Assembly (NCBI GenBank): GCA_051294905.1
Contig: CM119377.1
Location: 10,230,001-10,294,000 of the forward strand
Source: Botryllus schlosseri
Lineage: Eukaryota
DNA length: 64,000 nucleotides
Reading direction: 5' to 3'
In this document: positions 61,525-64,000 of the stretch, piece after piece
Position numbering within the stretch: the first letter of the stretch is position 1
How the letters are laid out: each line of letters starts with the position of its first letter
Position numbers and translations under genes: made by a program
Notes under the pieces: model-generated
What the model was told of the DNA's origin: nothing
The model's input: the letters and a program-made list of their open reading frames with translations, nothing else
The model's database searches: none

Positions 61525-64000
61525 TGGTTTGAAATAAGGACAGATTTGTTTGAAATGAGGAGAGTCTCATGTTTGAAATGAGGATAGTCATGTCAGAAAT
61601 AAGGATAGTTATGTTTGAAATAAGGATAGTCGCTATATTCACTATAAAGTCAGTTGCAGTACCAGGCACGACTTCCCAGTGGTAACCCAGTCCGAACACA
61701 TCCCAGACATGATGTCCAAACACGCCCCAGACACGATGTCCGAATGGCAGCACAGACCGAACACACCCCAGACATGATGTTCAAACACGCGCCAGACACG
61801 ATGTATGAGTGTCAATACAGGCCTAACACGCCCAAGACACCATGTCTGAATGGCAACACAGACCGAACACGCCCCAGACACGATGTCCTAGTGTCAACTC
61901 AGATCCGAAAACAACCCAGACACCATGTTTGAATGGCCGAACATGCCCCAGACAAGATGTCCGATTGGCATCACAGGCCGAACACACCCCAGACATGATG
62001 TCCAAACACGCCCCAGACACGATGTCCGGGTATCAACACAGGCCGAAAACGCCCAAGACACCATGTCCGAATGGCAACACAGGTCGAACACACCCCAGAC
62101 ATGATGTCCAAACACGCCCAAGACACCATGTCCGAATGGCAGCACAGGCCGAACACACCCCAGACATGATGTCCAAACACGCCCCAGACACGATGTCCGA
62201 TTGGCAGCACAGGCCGAACACACCCCAGACATGATGTCCAAACACGCCCCAGACACGATGTCCGATTGGCAGGACAGGCCGAACACACCCCTGACATGAT
62301 GTCCAAACACGCGCCAGACACGATGTCCGAGTGTCAATACAGGCCTAACACGCCCAAGACACCATGTGTGAATGGCAACACAGACCGGGCACGCCCCAGA
62401 CACAATGTCCGAGTGTCAACTCAGACCGAACACAACCCAGATACCACGTTTGAATGGCCGAACACGGCCCAGACACGATGTCCGATTGGCAGCACAGGCC
62501 GAACACACCCCAGACATGATATCCAAACACGCCCCAGACACGATGTCCGATTGGCAGCACAGGCCGAACACACCCCAGACATGATATCCAAACACGCCCC
62601 AGACACGATGTCCGATTGGCAGCACAGGCCGAACACACCCCTGACATGATGTCCAAACACGCGCCAGACACGATGTCCGAGTGTCAAAACAGGCCTAACA
62701 CGCCCAAGACACCATGTGTGAATGGCAACACAGACCGGGCACGCCCCAGACACAATGTCCGAGTGTCAACTCAGACCGAACACAACCCAGATACCATGTT
62801 TGAATGGCCGAACACGGCCCAGACACGATGTCCGATCGGCAGCACAGGCCGAACACACCCCAGACATGATGTCCAAACACGCCCCAGACACGATGTCCGA
62901 TTGGCAGCACAGGCCGAACACACCCCTGACATGATGTCCAAACACGCGCCAGACACGATGTCCGAATGGCAACACAGACCGAACACGCCCCAGACATGAT
63001 GTCCGAGCTTGCCGCAGACACGATGTCCGAGTGTCAACACAGGCCGACACGCCCCAGACATAATTTCTGAATGGCAGCACATGCCGAACACCACCCTGAC
63101 ATGATGTCGGAACACGCCCCAGAAACGATGTGCGATTGGCAACACAGTCCCAACACCCCCCCCCCCCCCCCCCCCCAGACACGATGTTAATAAGGTTGGT
63201 CATGTTTGAAATAAGGTCACTGGTCAGTCTCGTGTTTGAAATAAGGATAGTCATGTTAGAAATGAGGATAGTCATGTTTGATATAAGCTGGATAGTCATG
63301 TTTGAAATAAGGTTAGTCTCATGTTTGAAATGAGGATAGTCATGCTAGAAATAAGGATAGTCATGTTTGAAATAAGGATAGTCGCTATATTCACTATAAA
63401 GTCAGTTGCAGTACCAGGCACGACTTCCCAGTGGTAACCCAGTCCGAACATATCCCAGACATGATGTCCGAACACGCCCCAGACACGATGTCCTAGCGTC
63501 AACACAGTCCTAACATACCCCAGACATGATGTCCGAACACGCCCCAGACACGATGTCCGATTGGCAGCACAGGCCGAACACACCCCAGACATGATGTTCA
63601 AACACGCGCCAGACATCATGTCTGGGGTGTGTTCGGCCTGTGCTGCCAATCGGACATCATGTCTGGGGCATGTTCGGCCATTCAAACATGGTGTCTGGGT
63701 TGTGTTCGGATCTTAGTTGACACTCCGACATCGTGTCTGGGGCGTGTTCGGTCTGTGTTGCCATTCAGACATGGTGTCTTGGGCGTGTTAGGCCTGTGTT
63801 GACACTCGGACATCGTGTCTGGAGCGTGTTCGGACATCATGTCCGGGGTGTGTTCGGCCTGTGTTGCCAATCAGACATCGTGTCTGGGGCGTGTTCGGTC
63901 TGTGTTGTCATTCGGACATGGTGTCTTGGGCGTGTTCGGCCTGTGTTGATACTCAGTCGTCGTGTCTGGCGCGTGTTCGGATATCATGTCTGGGTCGAGA
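61525..64000. repeat. Hierarchical satellite built on a GACAT-G-ATGTC palindromic core, duplicated as a ~1.75-kb macro-unit and inverted at 63617
   Basis: Block A (~21-bp gtttgaaataaggatagtcat repeats) plus a unique spacer (61631 and 63383) plus block B (24+41 = 65-bp dimers, 350-bp higher-order duplication). C21 run at 63156-63176. Orientation flips at CCAGACAT-C-ATGTCTGG. Confidence 0.95.

Noticed and set aside
61700-64000. CRISPR array or repetitive protein-coding gene (many overlapping ORFs such as HTPDMMSKHAPDTMS)
   Set aside because: Eukaryotic context, no unique spacers and no cas genes. The basic dimer is 65 bp (not a multiple of 3), ORFs are open equally on both strands, and frames break repeatedly.

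Overview
Eukaryotic, AT-rich genomic DNA from an invertebrate, most likely an ascidian tunicate. This is inferred from many 55-72 nt introns, chordate-like proteins, single-exon housekeeping genes and operon-like packing. Eight genes are supported: CCT5 (-, intronless), a BAX-like Bcl-2 family gene (+, 7 exons), Lgl/LLGL (-, about 25 exons over 26.6 kb), C1QBP (+, intronless), TRMT1 (+, about 16 exons), a probable TEDC2 (-, 2 coding exons), IGBP1 (-, intronless) and TM2D2 (-, intronless). Splice models were built by hand and keep frame across all junctions. Introns and intergenic DNA carry many non-autonomous hAT-type elements (several with perfect 8-bp TSDs, some nested), CR1-group LINE 3' fragments, a 207-bp tandem repeat and a hierarchical satellite that inverts at the right edge. 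The most striking feature is the TM2D2-IGBP1 junction. Only 9 nt separate the stop and start codons, with no AG between them. TM2D2 is nearly devoid of internal ATGs, its first ATG has weak context, an overlapping uORF is present, and the IGBP1 start has strong context. This points to a bicistronic mRNA (leaky scanning/reinitiation) or an unusual trans-splice-resolved operon that probably continues into TEDC2. All counts and alignments were done by eye; no database searches were run.
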